64,000 nucleotides of DNA from Polyangiaceae bacterium (GCA_050287085.1 JBNKBE010000002.1:1-64000); one strand, 5' to 3'; shown: positions 30,423-40,665, numbered from the stretch's first letter. Program-made: numbers and translations. The notes: generated by a model not told the origin, from the letters alone.

Positions 30423-32822
30423 ATGACCGAGACCACAAGGACGATGACTACAGACCGCAAGCCTAGCTCCTCAGTTGCGCGGATCGCTGCGCCGATTGAA
30501 TCCGACGCGCCCGCGAATTTCGTGCGAGATATCATTCTCGCCGACCTGGCCAATGACAAACATGGTGGACGGGTCGTCACGCGCTTCCCGCCGGAGCCCA
30601 ACGGCTACTTGCACATCGGTCACGCCAAGGCCATTTGTTTGGACTTCGGGGTTGTCTTGGACGCCCCGACGCGGATTTGCCATCTGCGCTTCGATGACAC
30701 CAATCCGGTGGCCGAAGACACGGAGTTCGTCGAAGCTATCCAGCGCGACGTCAAGTGGCTGGGGTTCGACTGGGGAGAAAAGCTCTTCTACGCCTCGGAC
30801 TATTTCGAGCGCCTCTATCAGTTTGCTGAGGAGCTCATCCGAAAGGGGCTGGCGTACGTTTGCTCTTTGCCGGAGGACCAGGCACGAGAAATGCGCGGCA
30901 GCATCACTGAGCCGGGCGTGCCGAGTCCCGATCGCGACTTGTCCGTGGACGCGAATCTGGCGCTCTTCCGTCGGATGCGGGCCGGCGAGTTCAAGGACGG
31001 TGAGCGCGTCTTGCGGGCGAAGATCGATATGGCGGCCGCCAACATGAAGATGCGCGATCCCGCCATCTACCGCATTCGTCATGTTTCGCACCACCGCACG
31101 GGAGACGCGTGGTGCATCTATCCCCTCTATGACTTCACCCACTGTCTCAGCGATTCGCTGGAGGGGATCACTCATTCGCTGTGCACGGTGGAGTTCGAGA
31201 GTGCCCGCGAGCTTTACGATTGGTTCATCGCGAACCTGGACGTGCCGGCGCAGCCGCATCAGTACGAATTTGCCCCTCTCAACTTGACCTACGTCGTGGT
31301 CAGCAAGCGCAAGCTGCGACAGCTGGTCGAAGCGGGAGTCGTCAGCGGCTGGGATGATCCTCGCATGCCAACCTTGAGCGGTTTGCGACGACGTGGGTTT
31401 CTGCCCGAGGCGATCCGTTCATTCATCGCCAAGCTGGGGGTTGCAAAGAACATCGCGCTGACTGACGTGGGGCGCCTGGAGGCGGAACAGCGCGCTTTCC
31501 TGGAGCCTGATTGCAAGCGGGTTTTAGCGGTCCTCGATCCCCTGCCGGTCGAGCTCTTGAACGTCCCCGAAGGACAAGTCACGACGATTTCTGCGGGGTT
31601 CTTCCCCGATCGCGGCGAAGGGCCGGCGCCGTCGCGTTCACTGACCTTCTCTCGTCACATCGTCATTGAGCGGGGCGACTTCATGGAGACACCCCCAGAG
31701 CGCTGGAAGCGTCTCGCTCCGGGCGGTGAAGTGCGCCTGCGTCACGGTTTTGTGATGCGCTGCGAGCAGGTGTTCAAGGACGAGAACGGACACGTGACCA
31801 GTCTAGGCTGCACCGTGGACCTCGAAACGCTGAACGCGCAGCCGGCGGATGGAAAGCGGGTGGCGGGCACCATTCAGTGGTTGAGTGTCACGGATGCGGT
31901 CCGCGTCGAGGTCCGCGTGATCGATCGGCTATTTACTGTCGAGCAACCCGACACGCCGGATGGGCCAGCGTTTACGACCTTCGTCAATCCAGAGTCGCTG
32001 AAGGTGTACTCAAACGCCTTGGTGGAGCCCTGTGTCGTAGCGGAATCCGCCTCTCACGAGCGCTTTCAATTCGAACGACACGGGTACTTCTGGCAGGATC
32101 CGAGCGACTCCACGCGGGAACAGCCGGTCTTCAATCGCATCGTTTCGCTCAAGGATAGCTGGAGCAAGATTGCGCAGGCGACCGCTAGCGGGAGGAGCGA
32201 AGAACAGCAAAAACAGGAACAGCGAGCAGAAGCGCGCCGCGCTCGCAAAGAAGCTCAAGCTGCGGCAGACCGGCAGCGCACTCGAGATGTTAATCAGGAA
32301 GCGCTTGCACTCGCGGAGGCACGGAGTATCCCCTTGGAGCAGGCGGCGGTGCTGAGCGAGAACGGGCGCTTGTTGGCGTATTTCGAAGCGCTCGTCGCGG
32401 CTTCGGTCTCTACTCGCTCTGCGGCTAGCTGGGCCGTCAACGAGATCGCTAGACGGCTCAAGGATTCGGAGACGGATCCGATAGCCCCCGCTAGCCTCGG
32501 GGAGCTCATCGCACTCGTCGACGAAGGTCGCCTCTCGATGCGGGCCGCCAAAGAGGTGCTCAGCGCGATGTTAAGCTCTGGAAAGCCAGCGGCGCAGCTA
32601 GTTTCAGAACTAGGGCTCGAGCTTCAGGCGGATCCCGGCGCGCTGGCGCCGCTCATCGCACAAGTCTTGGCGGAGTTTCCGGACAAGGTCGCCGCCTACC
32701 GGGCGGGAAACGGCAATCTGCTTGGCCTCTTCGTGGGGCAGGTCATGCGCCGGAGCGGTGGAAAAGCGGACCCCAAGCTCGTCGGAGAGCTGCTCAAGTC
32801 AGCGCTGGAAGCTCCGCTTTGA
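30423..32822 (+). CDS. glnS: Glutamine--tRNA ligase with C-terminal GatB/YqeY domain
   Basis: RFPPEPNGYLHIGH, DDTNP, SKRKL, WDDPRMPT and FQFERHGYF; C-terminal YRAGN..LLGLFVGQVMRRSGGKADP. Confidence 0.95.
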   Translation: MTETTRTMTTDRKPSSSVARIAAPIESDAPANFVRDIILADLANDKHGGRVVTRFPPEPNGYLHIGHAKAICLDFGVVLDAPTRICHLRFDDTNPVAEDTEFVEAIQRDVKWLGFDWGEKLFYASDYFERLYQFAEELIRKGLAYVCSLPEDQAREMRGSITEPGVPSPDRDLSVDANLALFRRMRAGEFKDGERVLRAKIDMAAANMKMRDPAIYRIRHVSHHRTGDAWCIYPLYDFTHCLSDSLEGITHSLCTVEFESARELYDWFIANLDVPAQPHQYEFAPLNLTYVVVSKRKLRQLVEAGVVSGWDDPRMPTLSGLRRRGFLPEAIRSFIAKLGVAKNIALTDVGRLEAEQRAFLEPDCKRVLAVLDPLPVELLNVPEGQVTTISAGFFPDRGEGPAPSRSLTFSRHIVIERGDFMETPPERWKRLAPGGEVRLRHGFVMRCEQVFKDENGHVTSLGCTVDLETLNAQPADGKRVAGTIQWLSVTDAVRVEVRVIDRLFTVEQPDTPDGPAFTTFVNPESLKVYSNALVEPCVVAESASHERFQFERHGYFWQDPSDSTREQPVFNRIVSLKDSWSKIAQATASGRSEEQQKQEQRAEARRARKEAQAAADRQRTRDVNQEALALAEARSIPLEQAAVLSENGRLLAYFEALVAASVSTRSAASWAVNEIARRLKDSETDPIAPASLGELIALVDEGRLSMRAAKEVLSAMLSSGKPAAQLVSELGLELQADPGALAPLIAQVLAEFPDKVAAYRAGNGNLLGLFVGQVMRRSGGKADPKLVGELLKSALEAPL

Positions 32823-32834
32823 GCGATGGTTCCG

Positions 32835-32898
32835 GCGCTGCCCTTCCAGTGCGCTGCCCTTCCAGTGCGCTGCCCTGTACAGGGCGGCGCACTGGAAG
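32835..32898. repeat. 16-bp tandem repeat merging into a 40-bp near-perfect palindrome; probable bidirectional terminator/REP
   Basis: gcgctgcccttccagt x2.6. 32859-32898 is cttccagtgcgctgccctgt|acagggcggcgcactggaag with one mismatch. It lies between convergent glnS and mscS. Confidence 0.85.
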
Positions 32899-32937
32899 CA
32901 CGATGAAAACCTGGGCGCCCGCTGCCCATGGGCGAAG

Positions 32938-33762
32938 CTACTTCTGTACGTGGACGTCCATCTGCGGAAAGGGAATGCCAATTTTCGCCGAGTCCATGGC
33001 GTATTTCACCGCTTCTGTCAGCCCGGCCACCGTGGCCCAATAGTCGTCAGCGTTGCACCAAACGCGGACCTTCCAGTTGACGGAGGAATCACCCAGGTCG
33101 GATAGAAAGGCCTCGGGCGCAGGGTCTTCGAGCACGCCACCCAGTCCTTTAGCGGCCTTGAGCAGCACTTCGCGCGTTTGGCGGATGTCCGCCTCGTATG
33201 CAGCTCCCACTGCCACCTCGACACGTCGGGTGGGGTAGTAGGTGATGTTCTCGATGGTGTCGCCGAAGATCTTGCTGTTGGGGACGATGATGCGGCGGTT
33301 GTCGGCGGTCACGAGCTCCGTGGTGAAGAGTTCGATTTCCTTTACTTTGCCGAGTTCTCCACCGGCGCGGATGACGTCGTCGACCTTGAACGGACGAAAG
33401 ATCAGCAGCATGGCTCCGGCGGCGAAGTTGCTCAATGTCCCCTGAAATGCGAGGCCTATGGCCAAGCCCATGGCAGCAATGAGCGCCGCGAAGCTCGAGG
33501 TCTCAATGCCGAATACGCCCAAGCACCCAATCCCGGCTGCCGCGAGCAGGGTATAGCGGGCCGTATTGGCAAAAAATCGGGAAAGTGTGAGATCTAGACC
33601 TCTCCTTGCGCACGTGCCGTTGATGGCTCGTCGCAGTGCGCCACCCAGGATCCACGCGAGGAAAAGGGCCAATAACACGCCCGCAATGCGCACTCCCCAG
33701 TTGGTCAGTTCGCTGAGCAAGCCGGAAAGTCCGGTCGGTATGCCCATGTCGGTTAAGTCCAT
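32938..33762 (-). CDS. mscS: Small-conductance mechanosensitive channel
   Basis: GLAIGLAFQGTLSNFAAG, RPFKVDD, VPNS and GIPFPQMDVH; GGAGA RBS. Confidence 0.92.
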   Translation of the reverse strand: MDLTDMGIPTGLSGLLSELTNWGVRIAGVLLALFLAWILGGALRRAINGTCARRGLDLTLSRFFANTARYTLLAAAGIGCLGVFGIETSSFAALIAAMGLAIGLAFQGTLSNFAAGAMLLIFRPFKVDDVIRAGGELGKVKEIELFTTELVTADNRRIIVPNSKIFGDTIENITYYPTRRVEVAVGAAYEADIRQTREVLLKAAKGLGGVLEDPAPEAFLSDLGDSSVNWKVRVWCNADDYWATVAGLTEAVKYAMDSAKIGIPFPQMDVHVQK

Positions 33763-34258
33763 GTCTCGGTCTCCTTGGTGATTGTCATGTGAGCTTGCGG
33801 AGGGCGGGGCGAGAGGACGGCCCCTACCTCCAGCGCAAAGGTAGCCACAATCGGCACCTACTCCCAGTTGTGACGTGGTGGAATGTAGGAACGCTACAAC
33901 AGCGACTCCGACCCGCGGTTCGCCCATCCACTATCACGGGATAATCGATGGGTTCTTACGAGGGGCGCGCGATTGAATGTGTTCGAGAACCGCGCGACCG
34001 ACTGGCTCTCCGTATCATGCGGAGTTCCCCTCGGCGCGAGGGGCGACCTGCGCGAAGGAGCCCATGCCGGTGGCTCCTGTCTTTCGCTCGCCAGGACAAC
34101 GTCAGGAGCTAGCGGCGGGGGACGTTTCCGAGCCTCTGCCGGCCGGAGGGGCTCGTCCCCATGCCGAGGCCGTGTAGGATAACAAGCCGGCAAGCCGGAA
34201 GTCCGCTGGCGTTCCCCGGGGCGCCCGCGCGGGGGGCGACCAGACTCAGCGATTTCGG

Positions 34259-34332
34259 CGCCCCCGATTGGATTCGAACCAATGACACCCGGCTTAGGAA
34301 GCCGGTGCTCTATCCAGCTGAGCTACGAGGGC
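34259..34332 (-). tRNA. tRNA-Arg(CCT)
   Basis: Reverse complement GCCCTCGTAGCTCAGCTGGATAGAGCACCGGCTTCCTAAGCCGGGTGTCATTGGTTCGAATCCAATCGGGGGCG folds as a cloverleaf with anticodon CCT. CCA is not encoded (followed by CCG). Confidence 0.96.
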
Positions 34333-34436
34333 CTGTTCTGAGCTTGTGCATCAGCGGCGGGTGGAATCTCCCGCGCGAGGCAAAAAAGGTCAAGGGAACC
34401 GTGTGGCCTGCCGCGCGATTCGCTATGCTGCCGGAC

Positions 34437-34961
34437 ATGATTCGCCCTAGCGGTCGGTCCCGCGCTTGGATGCTTTGTTTCTACGCGTGTTTGACCTTGG
34501 CTCTGTTTTCCCCCGTGTGGGGGCTCTTGGACGCCTCTACCGCTTGCGCAGAGGCTGCGGGGGAAGACAAGCGCGCCCAGGATCTGGCGCGTACCATCAT
34601 GAGCCCCTTCTGTCCTGGGCGGACGCTGGAAGCGTGTCCTAGTCCCTACGCAACCGAGTGGCGCGAAGACATCCGCAAGTGGGTTGCCGAAGGAGTGAGC
34701 TCGGAGGAGATCCGCGCCCGCCTGGCGGCAAGAAGACCCGACAAGGACCTGACTGGGGCCCCCACCACGGCAGCCGACAGCTTTCTACCTGCGATTCTGA
34801 GCGTCATGGCGGTGGTGGCATTGGTCCTGCTGCTCCGAAGATTGTTGAAGCCGGCCCCCACCGGAGCCGCCCGCACCACGTCCAGCGCTGAACCGAAGGC
34901 CCGAGATCCAGAGCTACTCGAGGCGCGTTTGAACGAGGAATTGGCTCACCTGGACGACTAG
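34437..34961 (+). CDS. CcmH/NrfF-like cytochrome c biogenesis protein
   Basis: Signal/TM segment, MSPFCPGRTLEACPS, WREDIR...G.SSEEI and a second TM. Confidence 0.7.
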   Translation: MIRPSGRSRAWMLCFYACLTLALFSPVWGLLDASTACAEAAGEDKRAQDLARTIMSPFCPGRTLEACPSPYATEWREDIRKWVAEGVSSEEIRARLAARRPDKDLTGAPTTAADSFLPAILSVMAVVALVLLLRRLLKPAPTGAARTTSSAEPKARDPELLEARLNEELAHLDD

Positions 34962-35007
34962 CTGCCGCGGAAGCCTAGAGGAAGCCTGCTTGGCAGTGCT
35001 TTCTCGA

Positions 35008-35640
35008 TCACAGCTCTACGTCGAAGAGGTTCACGGAGATCCCGAGCGGGGTGCTTTCGATGAGTCCCGCGCTAGCGAAACGGGGATCAGGATGTTCTCC
35101 TACAGAGCCGACGTTGACGATTCGTGTGTCGAAGAGCTGGCGTTCAAAGGGCACGTGGTTTGCGCCACAAACGATCAGGTCGGCGCCTTCGTCCCCCAAT
35201 AGCGCGCTCAATTCAGCATCGCTCATCCCGTCGCTCATGGCCTCCATCGGATCGCTCGGAGAGCCGTGGACCACCAGCATCTCATGACCGGACTCGAGCG
35301 GCAGGCGCGCCCGGTCTTTCAAGCGGGCGAGTCGGGCTATGATGAGCTCCCCGAGCTCGTCGTGGAACTCGGCAAGGCGCTCGATGCGGGCGCGCTGCGC
35401 GTCGTTCTCGGCGACGAGGGAGTCTGGATCGACACGGGCCAGTGCCGCGTCGGAAACACCCTGAACGCAGACCGCCTTGACCTCGAGCAGGAGCTTCCAG
35501 GTTGCCAAGGGGGCGGGACCCGGAAAGAGTAGGTCGCCGCAGCAAATCACCTGATCAAAATTGCGTAGCCGGCCCGCCTCGAGCACCTTTTCCAGCTTGC
35601 TGACGTGTCCGTGGATATCGGAGATACAAAGAAAGCGCAT
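35008..35640 (-). CDS. Metallophosphoesterase family protein (YfcE-like, degenerate motifs)
   Basis: ISDIHG, GDL, HGSP and NVGSVG. GNHD is replaced by GVSD and GHTH by GANH. Confidence 0.85.
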   Translation of the reverse strand: MRFLCISDIHGHVSKLEKVLEAGRLRNFDQVICCGDLLFPGPAPLATWKLLLEVKAVCVQGVSDAALARVDPDSLVAENDAQRARIERLAEFHDELGELIIARLARLKDRARLPLESGHEMLVVHGSPSDPMEAMSDGMSDAELSALLGDEGADLIVCGANHVPFERQLFDTRIVNVGSVGEHPDPRFASAGLIESTPLGISVNLFDVEL

Positions 35641-35800
35641 TGCGCCGACTATATACTCCTCGCCTCTGGGCAAGAGTACCGTATCGAAGCTTCGAGTCGC
35701 GCCGCGTCGTGAATCTCGCCCGCCGATGGGGGGAGCCGGTCGCGCTGCGGGATGGGGTTTTTTGATGGACAACTCCGGCACGCTGCGCGAAAGCCGCTGC

Positions 35801-38800
35801 ATGCTTGTTCTACCAGGTAGTTCAGCCCTTTCAGCCTTTCGCAAGCAGCGCTTGCTCGTCGCAATCGAGCGTGCGTTGCGTGCGACGGGGGCTCTGGCTC
35901 AGGTCGATTTCAGCGCGCGACTGGTCCATGTCGCTAGGGTCCACCGCGATCTCGACGTCACGGAGCGCGCCCGCCTCGAGGCGCTGCTCGAGTACGGTCC
36001 GCGCGAGCGGGTGTTTGCAGACTCGGGCCGGGTGGCCGTGGTCGCGCCGCGTCCCGGCACTCAATCTCCCTGGTCGTCAAAGGCGACAGATATTGCCCGG
36101 GTCTGTGGACTCGAGGCGCTGCAGCGCATCGAGCGCGTCACGGCGTTCTACTTTCGCAGCGTCGACGACCTCCCGGAGGAGGCGTGGCAAGCCTTGGTGG
36201 GCTGCATTCACGACCGGATGACACAGACCGTTTTTTCTTCGCTGGACGACTGCTCGGCGTTGTTCGAAGAAGAAGCGCCGCGACCTCTGGGACAAGTCGA
36301 ACTGGGGGACGATCCCGTGGCCGCTCTTGCTCGCGCCAACCAAGAGCTGGGCTTGGCCCTGTCGCCTGGTGAACTGAAGTACCTGGCGAAGAGTTTTGCC
36401 GAACTGCAGCGAAACCCGACGGACGTCGAGCTCATGATGTTTGCGCAGATGAACTCTGAACACTGCCGTCATAAGATCTTCAAGGCGGACTGGGTCGTCG
36501 ATGGCAAGCCCGCGTCGCGCTCTCTGTTTCAGATGATTCAGAATACGTTCACAGCCAGTCCGCTCGGCGTCTTGTCGGCCTATCACGACAATGCTGCGGT
36601 CATGCGTGGGTACGCTAGTGCTCGCTTCTGGCCGGATGCCCTGGGTCACTATCAGCGGGTGTTCGAGGACGCTCCTGTGCTCATGAAGGTGGAGACCCAC
36701 AACCACCCGACTGCCATTTCGCCGTTTCCGGGTGCGGCAACGGGTTCTGGGGGTGAGATCCGCGACGAAGGCGCTACAGGCCGTGGTTCTAAGCCCAAGG
36801 CTGGGTTATCGGGGTTCAGCGTATCCAACCTGAAGCTCCCGGACGCAACGCGTCCCTGGGAAGTGGACTACGGGAAACCGGAGCACATTCAGAGCGCCCT
36901 GGCCATCATGCTGGAAGGGCCGATAGGCGCGGCGGCTTTCAACAATGAGTTCGGCCGCCCGAATATCTGCGGCTACTTTCGTAGTTTCGAGTTGAAGGAC
37001 GGCGAAGAAGTGCGCGGCTACCACAAGCCGATCATGCTGGCAGGAGGGCTGGGCACGATCCGTCCGATGCTCGTAGACAAGCGCAAGTTCGACGCTGGAA
37101 CGTTGCTGGTGGTGCTCGGGGGGCCTGCAATGCTGATCGGGCTCGGAGGCGGCGCGGCTTCGTCGATGGCGCAAGGACAGAGCTCCGCGGCGCTGGATTT
37201 CGCAAGTGTCCAGCGTGGCAATCCGGAGATGCAGCGACGCTGCCAGGAGGTTATCAACCGTTGCTGCGCCCTGGGCGATGAGTCCCCCATCGAGTCGATT
37301 CACGACGTAGGGGCGGGCGGGCTTTCCAACGCCTTGCCGGAGTTGGTGAACGATGCTGGGCGTGGTGCCGTCTTGCGTTTGCGCGACATTCCGAGCGCTG
37401 AACCCGGCCTGAGTCCCCTCGAGCTGTGGTGCAATGAAGCCCAGGAACGCTACGTACTGGCCATTGCTCCAGACAAACTTGCAATCTTCGAGGGGTATTG
37501 TGCCGCAGAACGAGCACCCTTTGCCGTGGTGGGGCAGGTTACCGCCGAGACATCTCTGACATTGGAGGACTCCGTGCTCGGCTCTCGTCCGATCGATATG
37601 CCGCTCCCGGTCTTGTTGGGCAACCCGCCAAAAACGGTGAGGCAGTTCGAACGCCAAGAGCGAGTTCGCGCCGAACTCGACTTGTCGGGGATAAGCCTTC
37701 AGGACGCTGTCGAGCGAGTGCTGCTTCTACCTACTGTCGCGGATAAGACATTCCTAGTGACTATCGGGGACCGAAGTGTGACCGGCCTCGTGACGCGTGA
37801 TCAGATGGTTGGGCCGTGGCAGGTTCCGGTGGCAGACTGCGGCATTACCCTTACTGATTATGACGGCTTCACGGGCGAGGCAATGGCGATGGGGGAACGC
37901 ACGCCCGTTGCCCTGATTGACGCCGCCGCGGCAGCGCGGATGGCGGTGGGTGAGGCCATAACCAACCTATGCTCCGCCCCTATAGCCGGCCTTTCCGAGT
38001 TGAAGCTGTCGGCGAACTGGATGGCCGCGGCGGGTTATGAGGGCGAGGACCAAGCTCTTTTCGACGCGGTCCATGCCGTTGGTCAGGAGCTATGCCCCGC
38101 GCTTGGAATCGCCATTCCTGTGGGAAAGGATTCGATGAGTATGCGCACTCGCTGGCGTAGCGGCGGGGAGGAGAAGAGCGTCGCGGCGCCGCTGTCGCTG
38201 ATTGTTAGCGCATTTGCTCGCAGCTACGACGTGCGCAATGCGCTCACTCCAGTGCTTGTGCAAGACGTTGAGTCTCAGGTCTTCTTGCTCGACTTGGGAC
38301 GACAGCGAATGGGCGGCTCGGCGCTGGCGCAGGTATACGGGAAAGTTGGCTGTCAGGCTCCGGACGTTGATTCGCCGCAGCTGCTATCGCGTTTCTTCAG
38401 CTTTGTTCAGGTATTGATTCGCGAGCAGCTTGTTCTGGCATACCATGACCGTTCCGATGGCGGTTTGTTCGTAACGTTGGCTGAAATGGCTTTTGCCGGC
38501 CACTCTGGGCTAGATGTTTCGCTTGATGCACTGCCGGAAGCGGAGCCTCTGGTGAGCCTGTTCAACGAAGAACTGGGTGGTGTCATTCAGGTCCGCGACT
38601 CCGACGTCGCGCGCGTCGAGGTTCTCTTGCGTGAGTACGAGCTCGAAGCGTACCGGTTCTTCTTGGGTCGTCCGAAGCCGGGATCGACCCTGGTGGTGCG
38701 TGCTGGGGGTGAGGTCATCTACGAGCGAGCTTTGTCGGAGCTGCGTCGCCTATGGTCTGACACCACCTACAGAATGCAGGCGCTTCGCGACGACCCGGAG

Positions 38801-39664
38801 TGTGCGCGGGAGGAGCTCGAGTGCAACTGCGACTTCGAAACGCCCGGGCTGACCCCTCAGGTCACCTTCAAGCTGGCTCCGTTTGGCCCGGTTCGAGCTG
38901 AGCGACCTAGGGTCGCGATCTTGCGAGAACAGGGCGTGAACGGACACGTTGAGATGGCTGCGGCTTTTGACCGGGCCGGCTTCGACGCAGTCGACGTCCA
39001 CATGACCGAGCTGCTGGCGGGGAGCCGCTCCCTGACGGAGTTCTCGGGGCTGGCCGCTTGCGGCGGGTTCTCGTACGGAGACGTCCTTGGCGCTGGCGGT
39101 GGCTGGGCCAAGTCCATCTTATTTCACGCCGGAGTGCGAGCGGAGTTTGCGGCGTTCTTCGAACGCGCCGATACCTTCACTTTGGGCGTCTGCAATGGCT
39201 GTCAAATGTTGAGCGGCCTGCGCGCGATCATCCCAGGAACCGAACACTGGCCGCGTTTCTTGACCAACCGCTCTGAGCAATTCGAGGCCCGCTTGTCGCT
39301 GGTCGAGGTGATGCCCAGTGCTTCCGTCTTGCTGCAGGGGATGGCGGGAAGCCGCCTGCCGGTGGCTGTTGCGCACGGAGAAGGGCGCGTCGAGTTCGAT
39401 GCAGGCGTCGATATGTCCTCGACTGACCCGTGTCTCCGCTTCATCGAAGCAGATGGGCGAAGCGCCGTGCGCTACCCGCACAATCCTAACGGTTCTCCTG
39501 GGGGGCTTACGGGCTTGTGCAGTCAGGACGGGCGCGTGACCATCATGATGCCTCACCCAGAGCGAGTGGTGCGGAGCGTGTGCCTGTCTTGGGCTCCTCC
39601 CGATTGGGAGGAAGAAAGCCCGTGGATGCAGCTATTTCACAATGCGCGACGCTTTGTCGGCTGA
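35801..39664 (+). CDS. purL: Phosphoribosylformylglycinamidine synthase (large single-chain)
   Basis: NSEHCRHKIF, KVETHNHPT, HDVGAGG, GKDSMSM; glutaminase motifs GVCNG and MMPHPER. Confidence 0.97.
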   Translation: MLVLPGSSALSAFRKQRLLVAIERALRATGALAQVDFSARLVHVARVHRDLDVTERARLEALLEYGPRERVFADSGRVAVVAPRPGTQSPWSSKATDIARVCGLEALQRIERVTAFYFRSVDDLPEEAWQALVGCIHDRMTQTVFSSLDDCSALFEEEAPRPLGQVELGDDPVAALARANQELGLALSPGELKYLAKSFAELQRNPTDVELMMFAQMNSEHCRHKIFKADWVVDGKPASRSLFQMIQNTFTASPLGVLSAYHDNAAVMRGYASARFWPDALGHYQRVFEDAPVLMKVETHNHPTAISPFPGAATGSGGEIRDEGATGRGSKPKAGLSGFSVSNLKLPDATRPWEVDYGKPEHIQSALAIMLEGPIGAAAFNNEFGRPNICGYFRSFELKDGEEVRGYHKPIMLAGGLGTIRPMLVDKRKFDAGTLLVVLGGPAMLIGLGGGAASSMAQGQSSAALDFASVQRGNPEMQRRCQEVINRCCALGDESPIESIHDVGAGGLSNALPELVNDAGRGAVLRLRDIPSAEPGLSPLELWCNEAQERYVLAIAPDKLAIFEGYCAAERAPFAVVGQVTAETSLTLEDSVLGSRPIDMPLPVLLGNPPKTVRQFERQERVRAELDLSGISLQDAVERVLLLPTVADKTFLVTIGDRSVTGLVTRDQMVGPWQVPVADCGITLTDYDGFTGEAMAMGERTPVALIDAAAAARMAVGEAITNLCSAPIAGLSELKLSANWMAAAGYEGEDQALFDAVHAVGQELCPALGIAIPVGKDSMSMRTRWRSGGEEKSVAAPLSLIVSAFARSYDVRNALTPVLVQDVESQVFLLDLGRQRMGGSALAQVYGKVGCQAPDVDSPQLLSRFFSFVQVLIREQLVLAYHDRSDGGLFVTLAEMAFAGHSGLDVSLDALPEAEPLVSLFNEELGGVIQVRDSDVARVEVLLREYELEAYRFFLGRPKPGSTLVVRAGGEVIYERALSELRRLWSDTTYRMQALRDDPECAREELECNCDFETPGLTPQVTFKLAPFGPVRAERPRVAILREQGVNGHVEMAAAFDRAGFDAVDVHMTELLAGSRSLTEFSGLAACGGFSYGDVLGAGGGWAKSILFHAGVRAEFAAFFERADTFTLGVCNGCQMLSGLRAIIPGTEHWPRFLTNRSEQFEARLSLVEVMPSASVLLQGMAGSRLPVAVAHGEGRVEFDAGVDMSSTDPCLRFIEADGRSAVRYPHNPNGSPGGLTGLCSQDGRVTIMMPHPERVVRSVCLSWAPPDWEEESPWMQLFHNARRFVG

Positions 39665-40607
39665 GCCCGGCTTCAGAACGGGATGGGCGGAGCGCGCTGC
39701 CCGTGCGTTTCCGCTGTGGCTCGTCGGGGGGAGCGTGCTCGCGGTGGTCTATCCGGCGTCGCTCGCCTGGTATAGCGGCTCGTGGATTACCTGGAGTCTC
39801 GGTGCGATCATGTTGCTCATGGGCACGACGCTTTCCGTCGATGATTTTCGTCGCGTGCTCACCTATCCCCGTTGGGTCGCAATCGGCTTTGCGCTGCAGT
39901 TTTCGGTAATGCCTATTGCCGGCTACTCCCTGGGGCGCTTGCTGCGCCTACCGGATCCTCTATTGGTCGGCCTGATCTTGGTTGCGTCATGCCCAGGGGG
40001 GACGGCTTCCAATGTCATCGCGTTTCTAGCGCGGGCCAATACGGCACTCAGCGTCACGCTCACAGCGCTTTCGACGATCGCCGCCACGGTTATGACGCCG
40101 TGGTTGACTGCGACGCTTGCGGGTTCGCGTATGGACGTCAATGCGTTGGATCTGGTTTATAGTACCGCTCAGGTTGTGCTCCTCCCCGTGGCTCTAGGTT
40201 CCTTGATAAGTCGAAGGCGGCCGGACTGGGCCCAGCGCTGCGCACAGGTCGGGCCCCTGCTTTCCGTTGTTCTCATCACGCTGATCGTTGCAAGCATTCT
40301 AGGACGCAGCTTCGACATGATCGTTGAGTCCGGATGGCGGCTCATAGTCTCCGTCTTGGGGCTGCACGTCGTGGGCTTTGTCGGGGGCTATGCGACGTCT
40401 CGCTGGCTAACGAAGAGCGAATCCGTTGCCAGGACGGTGGCCATCGAGGTGGGCATGCAAAATTCAGGCCTTGGCGCCCATCTGGCCAGGGCGCACTTTC
40501 CCGCAGGCATGGGCTTCGACGTGCCCAGCGCCTTGTCAGCCCTGACGCATTGCATCTTTGGGAGCGTGTGTGCGAGCTGGTGGCAGCGAAGACCACCCAG
40601 AAGCTAG
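39642..40607 (+). CDS. Bile acid:Na+ symporter (BASS) family transporter
   Basis: QFSVMP, CPGGTASN and IEVGMQNSGLG; multiple TM segments. Confidence 0.92.
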   Translation: MRDALSAEPGFRTGWAERAARAFPLWLVGGSVLAVVYPASLAWYSGSWITWSLGAIMLLMGTTLSVDDFRRVLTYPRWVAIGFALQFSVMPIAGYSLGRLLRLPDPLLVGLILVASCPGGTASNVIAFLARANTALSVTLTALSTIAATVMTPWLTATLAGSRMDVNALDLVYSTAQVVLLPVALGSLISRRRPDWAQRCAQVGPLLSVVLITLIVASILGRSFDMIVESGWRLIVSVLGLHVVGFVGGYATSRWLTKSESVARTVAIEVGMQNSGLGAHLARAHFPAGMGFDVPSALSALTHCIFGSVCASWWQRRPPRS

Positions 40608-40665
40608 AATAGTCGGCATATTCAGCGCCTAATGTGCTGGTTCAACCGTGCCGTTTGCTAGTTAG

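Noticed and set aside
34259..34332. tRNA as the integration site of a genomic island
   Set aside because: No integrase, no duplicated tRNA 3' end, and the flanking genes are ordinary.
34161..34436. N-terminal extension of the CcmH-like ORF
   Set aside because: It runs through the antisense of the tRNA; the real start is probably 34437.
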